Positions 9,479-18,070 of a stretch of 64,000 nucleotides of DNA are shown here, one piece after another. The DNA comes from an uncultured Clostridia bacterium (GTDB lineage: Bacteria; Bacillota; Clostridia; Christensenellales; UBA1242): assembly GCA_934771475.1 (NCBI GenBank), contig CAKVMD010000003.1, positions 14,573-78,572 of the forward strand. Direction: 5' to 3'. Under the pieces are notes generated by a model. That model was given only the letters and a program-made list of their open reading frames with translations. It was not told where the DNA came from and ran no database searches. The position numbers were made by a program, and so were the translations under genes. Each line of letters starts with the position of its first letter. Position 1 is the stretch's first letter.

Positions 9479-10210
9479 CTAAATTTCGGGGTATAACTCG
9501 CCAGCAAGTTTCTTTTTCATAAATTCAGCAAGTCCAATTTTTTTGATAAGTTCTTCGCTGTTGTAAGGGTCAATTGCTTTAATGTTTCCTTTCATTTCTT
9601 CAAAAGGGGTGCCATAGCAAATGATTGCACTAGGTTTTATTTTTTCCATCATTATTTCATACCCTTCCATAAAGCCTTTTTTATTATCTTCTCTCGTGTA
9701 GGTAGAAACTGCCACAACAGAACCTTCCTCAACACCATCACAAAAGAAATCAAAACAACCATAAGAGCCCCAAGAAATTGTCGGAATGACAAGCATACCT
9801 TGTTTTTGCCAAAATGCTCCACACCAACGATTTTTGAAAACACTGTCAATTTGCCTTGCAAGTGGCATATCTTTATAGGTGCTAAATTCTGGGGTGAGTA
9901 AGGCATAGTATTTGTCTAATTTTTCAAATGCTTGTTCTGGCTTTTCATAAACATTTTCAAAATTCCAATCGTATGTAAAGAAATGTATCGTTTTACTTTT
10001 ATTTTCTTCATCATTTACCTTTAAATAACTTAGAAGTTCAATTTTTTCTAAGTCAATATTTTGTTTTTTAATTAGTGGCATCCCATATATGCCGCATTTT
10101 TCAAACTCATTTCTTACGAGTTTTTGCTTCTTTTTTCGCTTTTCTTCTTCGTAATTGTTTTCATTCTCTTCAAAAGAAAAAAGTGAACTTAGTTGTTCGT
10201 TTTTTATCAC
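9479..10210 (-). CDS. DUF4417 family protein
   Basis: FFTYDWNFENVYEKPE...LLTPEFSTYKDMPLARQIDSVFKNRWCGAFWQKQGMLVIPTISW matches my recollection of the DUF4417 core. GTG start after AAGGAGG. Confidence 0.7.
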   Translation of the reverse strand: MIKNEQLSSLFSFEENENNYEEEKRKKKQKLVRNEFEKCGIYGMPLIKKQNIDLEKIELLSYLKVNDEENKSKTIHFFTYDWNFENVYEKPEQAFEKLDKYYALLTPEFSTYKDMPLARQIDSVFKNRWCGAFWQKQGMLVIPTISWGSYGCFDFFCDGVEEGSVVAVSTYTREDNKKGFMEGYEIMMEKIKPSAIICYGTPFEEMKGNIKAIDPYNSEELIKKIGLAEFMKKKLAGELYPEI

Positions 10211-10337
10211 ATTTCCTCCTTATTTTCATAAGACTTTTGTGTCTTTGGCAAAGGTTATATCATGGAAATTTTCAGGATTGCAAGAAAGTGTGCCATTTTT
10301 TCGCATTTATTTTGTAATTATTTAATAAAATACCTTG

Positions 10338-11030
10338 ATGAAACTTAAATTTTTAACGATAAAAAAGTCGCATTGCGCCATTTTTCTTGCAATTGTTTTG
10401 ATTGTGTGTGTTTTTTGTGCCACATATTTTTCTATTAAGTCAAGCGCGTCGCCCAAGCCTGTTCACACTATTGTGATTGATGCTGGGCATGGTGGTCGTG
10501 ATGGAGGTGCCTGCGGTGTAAAAACTGGGGTTACTGAAAGTGAACTCAATTTGAAGTATGCCGAGACTCTTAAAGGGTTATGTGAAGAATTTGGAATGAG
10601 AGTTGTTATGACTCGCAGTGATATGAATGGTTTGTATGACGAAAGTGCTCCAAACAAAAAGAAAAGTGAAATGGAAAAGAGGAAGCAAATTATCAACAAT
10701 TCGGGGGCGGACCTTATGATTAGCATTCACATGAACAGTTTTCCCTTGCCATCTTCACAAGGAGCTCATGTGTTTTACGCAAAAGGTAGTGAAAGTGGTT
10801 TTGAACTTGCAAAATCTATCCAAACATCTCTCTGTAAAAGTCTGTCAAATGCGCGCAAGTATGTTTCTGTTGGAGATTATTTCGTTTTAAATTATTCGTC
10901 TATGCCTGCGGTGCTTATAGAGTGTGGTTTCTTGTCTTGCCCGGAAGAGGAACAAAATCTTTTAAGTGATGCTTATCGAGAAAATATGTGTTACAACATC
11001 TTGGCGGGCGTAATCGCGTTTTTTCAATAA
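10338..11030 (+). CDS. cwlD: Germination-specific N-acetylmuramoyl-L-alanine amidase (CwlD-like)
   Basis: Signal-anchor, then VIDAGHGGRDGGA, KKKSEMEKRKQIIN, ISIHMNS and LIECGFLS motifs colinear with Bacillus CwlD. The ATG sits one codon after the tracked TTG. Confidence 0.85.
   Translation: MKLKFLTIKKSHCAIFLAIVLIVCVFCATYFSIKSSASPKPVHTIVIDAGHGGRDGGACGVKTGVTESELNLKYAETLKGLCEEFGMRVVMTRSDMNGLYDESAPNKKKSEMEKRKQIINNSGADLMISIHMNSFPLPSSQGAHVFYAKGSESGFELAKSIQTSLCKSLSNARKYVSVGDYFVLNYSSMPAVLIECGFLSCPEEEQNLLSDAYRENMCYNILAGVIAFFQ
10452..10503 (+). repeat. Right copy of the 52-bp direct repeat, inside intact cwlD
   Basis: 49/52 identical to 7771-7822. Confidence 0.95.
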
Positions 11031-11134
11031 AAGCGAACTTCTAGCGACAGCGCATGAGTTGCCATAACCTATTAAGCGTTTGTCCACTTATCCACATTTC
11101 CCCAAAGAAACTTTGGTTTTTCTTTTTTAATAAT

Positions 11135-11163
11135 TTGACAATTTTTGCAAGAAATGTTATATT
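11135..11163 (+). promoter_or_regulatory. Sigma-A-type promoter, TTGACA-17-TATATT
   Basis: Consensus -35 at 11135-11140 and -10 at 11158-11163, 25 nt upstream of the gmk-like ATG. Confidence 0.5.
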
Positions 11164-11188
11164 TGTGTCAACACATTAGGGGGCAAAT

Positions 11189-11755
11189 ATGTTAATCATT
11201 TTTTCAGGGGTTTCGGCAAGCGGAAAAAACACCATTATGCAGGAGCTGGCAAAGCGCGACAAGCGCATTAAAATCTTAGATATGTCTTCGGGGACAACGC
11301 GTCCGCCAAGAGAAACAGACAAAGACAACAACACATACATTTTTATGAGCAGGGAAGACTTTGAAAAAGGAATTGAAAGAGGCGACTTCTTTGAGTATGA
11401 AGATGTGCATGGAAACTATTACGGAATTTTAAACAGTGCGCTTGACCGAGTTATCAACAACCAAGACACTGATTTTGTAAGAGACATTGATGTCCATGGT
11501 CGCGAAAAAATCGTAAAACATTTTGCTGGCAAGTGTCCTGTAATCACTATATTTTTAGATGCGTCAAACGAGGAACTTGAACACAGGCTTCGCAACAGAG
11601 GGGAAAGCGAGGACCGAATTAAAGTTAGGCTTGCTAGGAGCAAGATGGAACGCGACTATAAGAAAGATTACGACATAGCAATAGACAATGTTGAAATAGA
11701 CGAAACAGTAAACAAAATTTTAAAATTAATTGAAGAAAAAAGAAATTCGCTATAA
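11189..11755 (+). CDS. gmk: Guanylate kinase family protein
   Basis: P-loop GVSASGKNT, TTRPPRE, and F(x)EYEDVHGNYYG, typical of guanylate kinases. Confidence 0.8.
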   Translation: MLIIFSGVSASGKNTIMQELAKRDKRIKILDMSSGTTRPPRETDKDNNTYIFMSREDFEKGIERGDFFEYEDVHGNYYGILNSALDRVINNQDTDFVRDIDVHGREKIVKHFAGKCPVITIFLDASNEELEHRLRNRGESEDRIKVRLARSKMERDYKKDYDIAIDNVEIDETVNKILKLIEEKRNSL

Positions 11756-11774
11756 AAAAACAAAAACGACAAAA

Positions 11775-11816
11775 AAAAGACGAAATAACTCAATTTTAAT
11801 TTCGTCTTTTTTGTTT
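11775..11816 (+). terminator. Rho-independent terminator after gmk
   Basis: AAAAGACGAAAT / ATTTCGTCTTTT stem followed by a T-run. Confidence 0.7.
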
Positions 11817-11851
11817 GAAAAGCACTAAAATTGTTTTGCAAAGAGGTGAAT

Positions 11852-14128
11852 ATGAGAGGAAACGTGGGGGTGCTAGTAAGTTTCGCGGGATATTCGGCGC
11901 TGTTTTTTGTGCTGTCTAGGGCTTGCATTTATGGTCAAATTTTCCCTTTTGCTTTTTCCATGATATTTGCGCTTGCATGGGCGAACCAAAAGCCTTACAT
12001 AATTTTGCCTGCCTATTCAGTTGGATTTGTGCTTAACAATCTTTCTTGGCAAGGGACTGTGCAAATGGTGTGTACGGTGGCTTTGCTTGCCATACCTTAT
12101 TACATACACTATGCGCTGAAAAAGCCTATGAAGAAATGGGAGATATTTTTGTTTTGTGGGTTAAGCCAAACAGCCTTTGTCGCGTTTTCAATTATAAAAT
12201 GTGTAAGCCCAGTCATCATTATCGCAACAATACTGCTGGGGCTTTGTTTCCTTTATTTTGCCATTGAAATTTTCGAGCCACTTATCTTAAAAGGAAGAAG
12301 GTATTCACTTGCTGTGTTTGAGAAAGTATCGGCAGGGATTGTGCTTATGGCAATAAGTGATGGGCTGGTTTCTTGCGACATATATGGCTTTTCAGTTCTA
12401 AAACTTGTTGTGGCACTTTTGCTTTTGGTGATAAGTTGCTCATCAAGCATGGCGAAAGCCAACATATTTGCAATCATTATGGCGCTGGGAACTCTTCTGC
12501 GCGCGGGCAATCCTGTGTTTGTTGCGCCGATAATTTTGTGGGCGGTGTGCCTTGCAATGTTCAGAGTTAAAAATAAATTTTTGCCAGCATTAGCGCTTAT
12601 TGCAGGGGAAATGCTGTGTGTTTATTATTTTAAACTTTATTATTCTACATATTTCCTTGAATTTATCCCTGTGATTGTGTCTTGTATAATTTTTCTTTTG
12701 CTACCTAAAAGTATCTTTGAGGGCGTTGAAGTGCTTATGGGAGAAAATGGAGACAGGTTGGCGGTTAAAAATGTGGTCAATAGAAACCGTGAGATTTTGC
12801 ACAAGCGATTGGGGCGACTCAGTGAAGTCTTTAATGAAATGAACCATGTTTTTAAGGGGCTTATTAAGCGCGCGTCAAGTGAAGAAGAGGTTAAAACCAT
12901 GCTCTTTGAGGAACTTAAAAACTGTGTTTGTAAGGGGTGCCCAGAAGCCAAGCATTGTCATCGAACTTTCAGCGAGGACAGCGAAAAGATTTTTAAGGAC
13001 CTTTTGTCGATAGCGTTTGAAAGAGGAAAGGTTACAATTCTTGATTTTCCTAGTTATCTGTCTTCGCGTTGCGGTCGGGTAAACAGTTTAATAGGGCAAA
13101 TTAATACTCTCACTGCCCAATACAAATCTTACTCACTTCTTGTTGGCAATGTCGATACAAGCAAGTTGCTGATTTCAGACCAGCTTGAAGGAATGGCTGG
13201 AATCATGAGAGACCTTGCGAGTGAGGTTGAAACCGAGATTTCGTTTGATTCAAAGCGTGAAGATAGGCTTATCGAAGAGTTGTCCGCCTCTAACATTATT
13301 TGCACAGATGCCTTGATTTATGAGAAAGATACACGCTCCTCGATGGCGAGCCTTGTTGTTAGGGAAGAGGATGTCAACAAATTAAAATTGCAAGAGGTAA
13401 CCTCTAAGATTTGTGGCGGGAAGATGTCAATATTTGAGTCTTGTCCATCGCCAAGGTTAGGGCTTGTGAATGTGCTGATGAAAACGAGCCCCAAATTTGA
13501 TTGTATTTTTGGACTGGCATCTTCGCCGAAGACTGGCAATACAACTTCGGGAGATTGCCATTGTATTGAAAGGCTTGATGGTGATAAATTCATATTTGCA
13601 ATTTGTGATGGCATGGGTAATGGCGATAAAGCGGGGCACAAGTCGGAGCGAGCAATAAGCTTGGTTGAAAATTTTTATAAGGCGGGGTTCGACAATGAAA
13701 TTATTTTATCATCGGTAAATAAACTTTTAAACCTTGAAAAAGATGACATTTTTTCAACTATTGATATCTGCGTTGTTGACCTAACAAATGGGATTGCGGA
13801 TTTTGTTAAAATGGGGAGTTCCTCTTCTTTTATCCGTGGAAAAGAAGACTGCAAAATTATTGAAAGCGGGGCGTTGCCTGTTGGTGTTTTGCCTGATGTC
13901 AGTCCTCTTACTAAAAAAGTGGTTTTGAGTGATAAGCAGTTTGTTGTTATGGCATCTGACGGGGTGGTTGATACCTTTGGAAGTGATGAGGATATGAGAG
14001 ACTTTCTTTACACAATCAAGACTGCTAACCCCCAAGAATATGCTGATGAAATATTGTCAAAAGCGATAGCAAATAACAATGGTTATGCGGTGGACGACAT
14101 GACAGTTATTGTTGTAAAAATCTTTTAA
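11852..14128 (+). CDS. spoIIE: Stage II sporulation protein E (membrane PP2C phosphatase)
   Basis: About 10 N-terminal TM segments and a C-terminal PP2C domain (FAICDGMGNGDKA, VMASDGV). GAGGTG RBS before the ATG at 11852. Confidence 0.9.
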   Translation: MRGNVGVLVSFAGYSALFFVLSRACIYGQIFPFAFSMIFALAWANQKPYIILPAYSVGFVLNNLSWQGTVQMVCTVALLAIPYYIHYALKKPMKKWEIFLFCGLSQTAFVAFSIIKCVSPVIIIATILLGLCFLYFAIEIFEPLILKGRRYSLAVFEKVSAGIVLMAISDGLVSCDIYGFSVLKLVVALLLLVISCSSSMAKANIFAIIMALGTLLRAGNPVFVAPIILWAVCLAMFRVKNKFLPALALIAGEMLCVYYFKLYYSTYFLEFIPVIVSCIIFLLLPKSIFEGVEVLMGENGDRLAVKNVVNRNREILHKRLGRLSEVFNEMNHVFKGLIKRASSEEEVKTMLFEELKNCVCKGCPEAKHCHRTFSEDSEKIFKDLLSIAFERGKVTILDFPSYLSSRCGRVNSLIGQINTLTAQYKSYSLLVGNVDTSKLLISDQLEGMAGIMRDLASEVETEISFDSKREDRLIEELSASNIICTDALIYEKDTRSSMASLVVREEDVNKLKLQEVTSKICGGKMSIFESCPSPRLGLVNVLMKTSPKFDCIFGLASSPKTGNTTSGDCHCIERLDGDKFIFAICDGMGNGDKAGHKSERAISLVENFYKAGFDNEIILSSVNKLLNLEKDDIFSTIDICVVDLTNGIADFVKMGSSSSFIRGKEDCKIIESGALPVGVLPDVSPLTKKVVLSDKQFVVMASDGVVDTFGSDEDMRDFLYTIKTANPQEYADEILSKAIANNNGYAVDDMTVIVVKIF

Positions 14129-14386
14129 AGAGACAAAAATAGTAAAAACATCGAAAAAATACGCGTTTTTTATCAAAAAAATCGTTATTTTTAATAAAAC
14201 ATCTTGCGAAAATAAAATATTTAATGTATAATCATAGGGCAAAACGAAAATGTTTTCTTTAACGAGAAAACATTTTTATGTAAAAAGGTGTTAGCCTAGT
14301 AACAAAAATATATCTTATGGAAGAGGGCTTGATGACCAAATCAAAATTTTTGTTGTTAGAAAAAACAATGCAAGGGAGCAGGCGAT

Positions 14387-15718
14387 ATGATTAACATTGA
14401 TGACTTTATCAAGAAAAACAAATTGTTTAGACGCGGGGAAACTGTTGGCGTTGGATGTAGCGGAGGCAGTGATTCTATGGCGCTTCTTCATTTTCTCGCA
14501 ACCAACCAAGAAAAATTTGATATAGAAGTTGTTGCTATTCATGTAGATCATGGCATAAGAGAAAATAGTTATATGGACGCTGACTTTGTTCGCGAAAAAG
14601 CAAGAGAGTTGGGGGTTAGATTTTATAAGTTTAAAGTAGACGCGCCAAAAATTGCACGAGAAAGAAATATAAGTTTGGAAACCGCGGCAAGAGATGCTAG
14701 ATATGGTGTTTTTAAATCTCTTTATCAAAAAGGCCTTGTAGATAAGATTGCTCTTGCACATCACATAAGCGACCAAGCGGAAACCATTTTAATGCACATT
14801 TTTAGAGGTGCGGGCGTTGCTGGGGCAAAAGGGATGAGCCCAATTTCTGACAAAATTTATGTCCGTCCATTTTTAAATGTATCAAAAGAAGACATTTTAG
14901 ATTATCTTGATGAAAATAGACTTGATTTTCGCGAGGACCAAACAAACGTTGATACAAGTTATAACAGAAATTTTGTTCGTCATGTTATTATGAAAGAAAT
15001 TAAGTCAAGGTGGCCAAATGCTGAAAGTGCAATCGTGGGCTTTGCTGAGTCAGTTAGAGAAGATGATGAGTTTATCAACAAACAAATATTTGAAGATGCT
15101 CTAATTCAAGAAGGCAAAGCAGTAAAGATCCCTTCTTCTTACTTCCTTTTTGATAATGCGTTAATTAGTAGAATTATATTCAAAGCATTTAAGTCTATCG
15201 GAATTAATCAAGATATAGAAAGAAAACATATTTTGCTTATAAAAGACCTCGCCCTTAAAGGTGAAAACGGGAAAAGAATTACTCTTCCTTATGAGGCTGT
15301 TGCGGTTAAGGAATATGACTACCTTACTATATACAACAAACATGAAGACAAACCAAATTTTGAGCGTGATTTTAAGTGCGGAGAGTTTGAAGTTCCGGGA
15401 TTTGGGAAAGTTATAGTAAAGCGAGTAAAAGATATGACTTGCGGTGAAGGTCAATTACTCCTTGATTACAGACTGCTTCCAAAGGATGCGGTTTGGAGAT
15501 TTAGACAAGATGGCGATGTATTTACAAAGTTTGGGGGCGGAACAAAGAAGCTTAAATCTTATATGATAGATAAAAAAATTCCACAACGCAAACGAGACTT
15601 TATTCCTGTCCTTGCTTCTGGAAATGAAATATACGCAATCGCTGGCTACGAAATCTCAGATAAAGTTAAAGTAGGGGATGTGCCAACTGCTATTTTAATA
15701 GATGTAAAACTTTCTTAA
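14387..15718 (+). CDS. tilS: tRNA(Ile)-lysidine synthase
   Basis: PP-loop VGVGCSGGSDSMALL, with length and C-terminal domain typical of TilS. Confidence 0.9.
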   Translation: MINIDDFIKKNKLFRRGETVGVGCSGGSDSMALLHFLATNQEKFDIEVVAIHVDHGIRENSYMDADFVREKARELGVRFYKFKVDAPKIARERNISLETAARDARYGVFKSLYQKGLVDKIALAHHISDQAETILMHIFRGAGVAGAKGMSPISDKIYVRPFLNVSKEDILDYLDENRLDFREDQTNVDTSYNRNFVRHVIMKEIKSRWPNAESAIVGFAESVREDDEFINKQIFEDALIQEGKAVKIPSSYFLFDNALISRIIFKAFKSIGINQDIERKHILLIKDLALKGENGKRITLPYEAVAVKEYDYLTIYNKHEDKPNFERDFKCGEFEVPGFGKVIVKRVKDMTCGEGQLLLDYRLLPKDAVWRFRQDGDVFTKFGGGTKKLKSYMIDKKIPQRKRDFIPVLASGNEIYAIAGYEISDKVKVGDVPTAILIDVKLS

Positions 15719-15971
15719 AAAACAAAAATTATGTTATTTAAAGCAAAAATATCGCAAAAACGGATAAATTTCGTAAATTTAGCGATATTTTTCTTTATAA
15801 AAATGAATATGCTTGTGTAAACCAATCAAAAGTTTGTCGATTATACAAATCTAACCAGCAAAAAGACTTTAAATTTCTATCTGGTTGTGCTATAATTGCT
15901 TTGCAACGCACAATAGAAAAATATTGATAATATTTAAACATGAAAGCATTATAAAATGCTGTGTTGCGAAC

Positions 15972-16014
15972 TTAAAATCTTTTCAATATTTATTATATGC
16001 GGGAGTGGCGGAAT
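15972..16014 (+). repeat. Duplicate of the tRNA-Leu promoter region plus the first 16 nt of the tRNA
   Basis: 15981-16014 is identical (34/34) to 16174-16207. Similarity continues upstream with one indel. Confidence 0.9.
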
Positions 16015-16132
16015 ATCTAAGTAAAGATTATTTCCTTAAAAAGTGAAAGAGACAACTTCCTTTGAATGAGCGAAGTTTTGCGATGCGTCGAAACTTTGTT
16101 TCTCCTAGTGCAGACTGCGCCTGCCATCCCGC
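15999..16132 (+). ncRNA. Candidate structured RNA headed by the duplicated tRNA 5' segment (hypothetical)
   Basis: 5' GCGGGAGUGGCGG (15999-16011) can pair with CUGCCAUCCCGC (16121-16132), giving 12 bp with one bulge. Internal hairpins can be drawn. No Rfam family recognised by eye. Confidence 0.25.
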
Positions 16133-16191
16133 CTGCTATCTAGAAAACTTATTGTGCTGTAAATTTAAAATTCTTTCAATATTTATTATAT

Positions 16192-16281
16192 GCGGGAGTG
16201 GCGGAATGGCAGACGCGTTAGATTCAGGTTCTAATGACTATTAAAAAAGTCATGTGGGTTCGACTCCCATCTCCCGCACCA
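16192..16281 (+). tRNA. tRNA-Leu (anticodon CAG), CCA encoded
   Basis: Acceptor GCGGGAG/CUCCCGC, anticodon stem UUAGA/UCUAA with loop UUCAGGU, long variable arm, T-arm GUGGG-UUCGACU-CCCAU, 3' ACCA. Confidence 0.93.
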
Positions 16282-16431
16282 TTAAAAAATTAAATCGAAA
16301 TCCAAAATTCAATTCGGATGCGCTTTGCGAGGCTGGAACACCTAATGAATATAAAGATTTAAAAGAAAACGAAGCGCGTGCTTTGTAATTTATACTTGGC
16401 AATAAAATAACTATATAAAGGGAAATATTTA

Positions 16432-16965
16432 ATGAATGAAATAGGGACCAAACAATTAGAAACGGAACGACTTGTTTTAAGAAGATTTAAGGAAACGGAC
16501 GCAAAAGAACTTTTTGAAGGGTTCGTAAATCAAGAGGAATTTCTTTATTATACAAATAAAAATCCGGTAACTTTGGAAGAAGAAAAAAGAGCGCTAGAAA
16601 ACATTAACGAAAAATACAAAAATAAAAATTACTATAATTGGTTAATCACGCTTAAAAGCACAGGGCAAATCATTGGAGCAGTAAACTTCAATGTGAATCT
16701 GAAAAATGATAGCGTTATGTTTAACTATGCGATAGATAATAGATTTACTAAAAATGGGTATATGACAGAGGCGTTAAAATGTGTTAAAGAATTCGCTTTT
16801 AACGAAATGAATGTCAACCGTTTTGAGGGTGGTTGCGCTGTTAATAACATTGCTTCAAAGCGTGTTATGGAGAAATGCGGGATGAACCTAGAAGGAGTGC
16901 TAAAAGCATATATAAAATTGAAGGACGGCTATCATGATATGTTTATGTTTGCGTCAATAAGATAG
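16432..16965 (+). CDS. GNAT family N-acetyltransferase (RimJ/RimL-like)
   Basis: LETERLVLRRF N-terminal signature and GNAT core (GYMTEALK...). Confidence 0.85.
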   Translation: MNEIGTKQLETERLVLRRFKETDAKELFEGFVNQEEFLYYTNKNPVTLEEEKRALENINEKYKNKNYYNWLITLKSTGQIIGAVNFNVNLKNDSVMFNYAIDNRFTKNGYMTEALKCVKEFAFNEMNVNRFEGGCAVNNIASKRVMEKCGMNLEGVLKAYIKLKDGYHDMFMFASIR

Positions 16966-17086
16966 GCGCAAGAGTCTCTTTGAAAAATAAACCAGTCTAA
17001 TTGAAGCAGGCTTTACGCTTGCACCAAAATAGGCTGGTTTTTTGATAAATCAAGTTGTTAAAGATGGGGTTTAGAGATAAGTTTAG

Positions 17087-17968
17087 TTAATATAATTTTT
17101 TTATTATCATTGTTAATATCGGGGTGGTGAAGTATGAATTGGTTAATGTTTCAGTCTTTTCGCCTCCCGCAATAAAAAGTGGTTTCTTTTGCAAGTTTAC
17201 TATTTCGTAAGGGACGCTGTTGTCAGCGACTTGCAAAAGTCCTATCATAGTTATATTATGCGGAGTTTGCAAAGGGCTGTAATCATTTGCGCCTACATAA
17301 ACATTGTCTGAATCAACCTCTCTAAAACCTATGGAAGCAAAATCTGTTTTTATGTTATAGTCTTGATTTGTAAATTTTACATACCCATTTACAGTAACAA
17401 TAATTTCATAGACGCCCGTTTCGAGGAAGGTTATTGTGTTTTCGTCAGCGTTAAGGTTGACGACCCCTTCGCGAGTGCTTCTGCCATGAATATTTTTTAT
17501 TGGAAGGCGTCCGCCAGATGCGACTTCAAGTCCGTCTTCGGGGATGACAAAAGAAGGGTCGCGCAATGTTACAAGATAATTGGCATTTACTATATTTTTT
17601 GCTGGTGAGCCGGGCTCGCCCTTATCACCTTTTTCGCCTTTCTCACCTTTGTCTCCCTTTTCGCCCGGTTCTCCTTTGTCCCCTTTTTCGCCTTGGAGAG
17701 AGCCTTCGCTTAACCATTGTTTTGTTGCATCATCATAAACATACAAAGTCTTTGGATTGTCGTTTCCCACGAAAAATGCAGTTCCGTTTTGTGGCGCAAC
17801 TGGCAAATCTTTTACACTTGAAACTGTGCCATCTATTTGCAACCCTCGTCCACTTTTCCCGGCAGGACCCGCAGGGCCGGTATCACCTTTTTCGCCTTTT
17901 AATATTGTGCCGACAAAAAAGTCGTTTCTACTACATGGACGAGGACATATATTTTTAAAACAAGTCAT
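17087..17968 (-). CDS. Collagen-like (GXY) repeat protein with a Cys-rich N-terminus and a BclA/C1q-like C-terminal domain
   Basis: GEKGDTGPAGPAGKSGRG and GEKGDKGEPGEKGDKGEKGEKGDKGEPGSP blocks separated by a ~50-aa non-collagen insert. Beta-rich ~170-aa C-terminus. AAGGAGG RBS. Confidence 0.9.
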   Translation of the reverse strand: MTCFKNICPRPCSRNDFFVGTILKGEKGDTGPAGPAGKSGRGLQIDGTVSSVKDLPVAPQNGTAFFVGNDNPKTLYVYDDATKQWLSEGSLQGEKGDKGEPGEKGDKGEKGEKGDKGEPGSPAKNIVNANYLVTLRDPSFVIPEDGLEVASGGRLPIKNIHGRSTREGVVNLNADENTITFLETGVYEIIVTVNGYVKFTNQDYNIKTDFASIGFREVDSDNVYVGANDYSPLQTPHNITMIGLLQVADNSVPYEIVNLQKKPLFIAGGEKTETLTNSYFTTPILTMIIKKLY

Positions 17969-18070
17969 AAATCCTCCTTACACAATTTATGCAAGAAAGA
18001 TAATTTGTGTCAAAACCCTTAATAAGCGAGAAAAAAGTTTAAAAAATGGCTTAAATAGAGATAATTAAGT

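Noticed and set aside
11079-11096. Perfect DnaA box TTATCCACA (11088-11096) preceded by a near-match TTGTCCACT; possible oriC or DnaA-regulated site
   Set aside because: A single perfect 9-mer is expected by chance about once per 100 kb on two strands. There is no cluster of boxes, no dnaA/dnaN, and no adjacent unwinding element.
11775-11816. GACGAA / TTCGTC sequences resembling Spo0A boxes upstream of spoIIE
   Set aside because: They are simply the two arms of the gmk terminator hairpin. No additional 0A-box-like sites are present, so no regulatory claim is justified from sequence alone.
14315-14776. 153-aa minus-strand ORF overlapping the tilS 5' end
   Set aside because: It is antisense to a gene with a clear PP-loop motif, and it has no RBS and no recognisable domain.
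16062-16244. 60-aa ORF spanning the region upstream of, and into, tRNA-Leu
   Set aside because: It overlaps a confidently folded tRNA gene, has no RBS, and its composition is unremarkable. The region is better explained as RNA.
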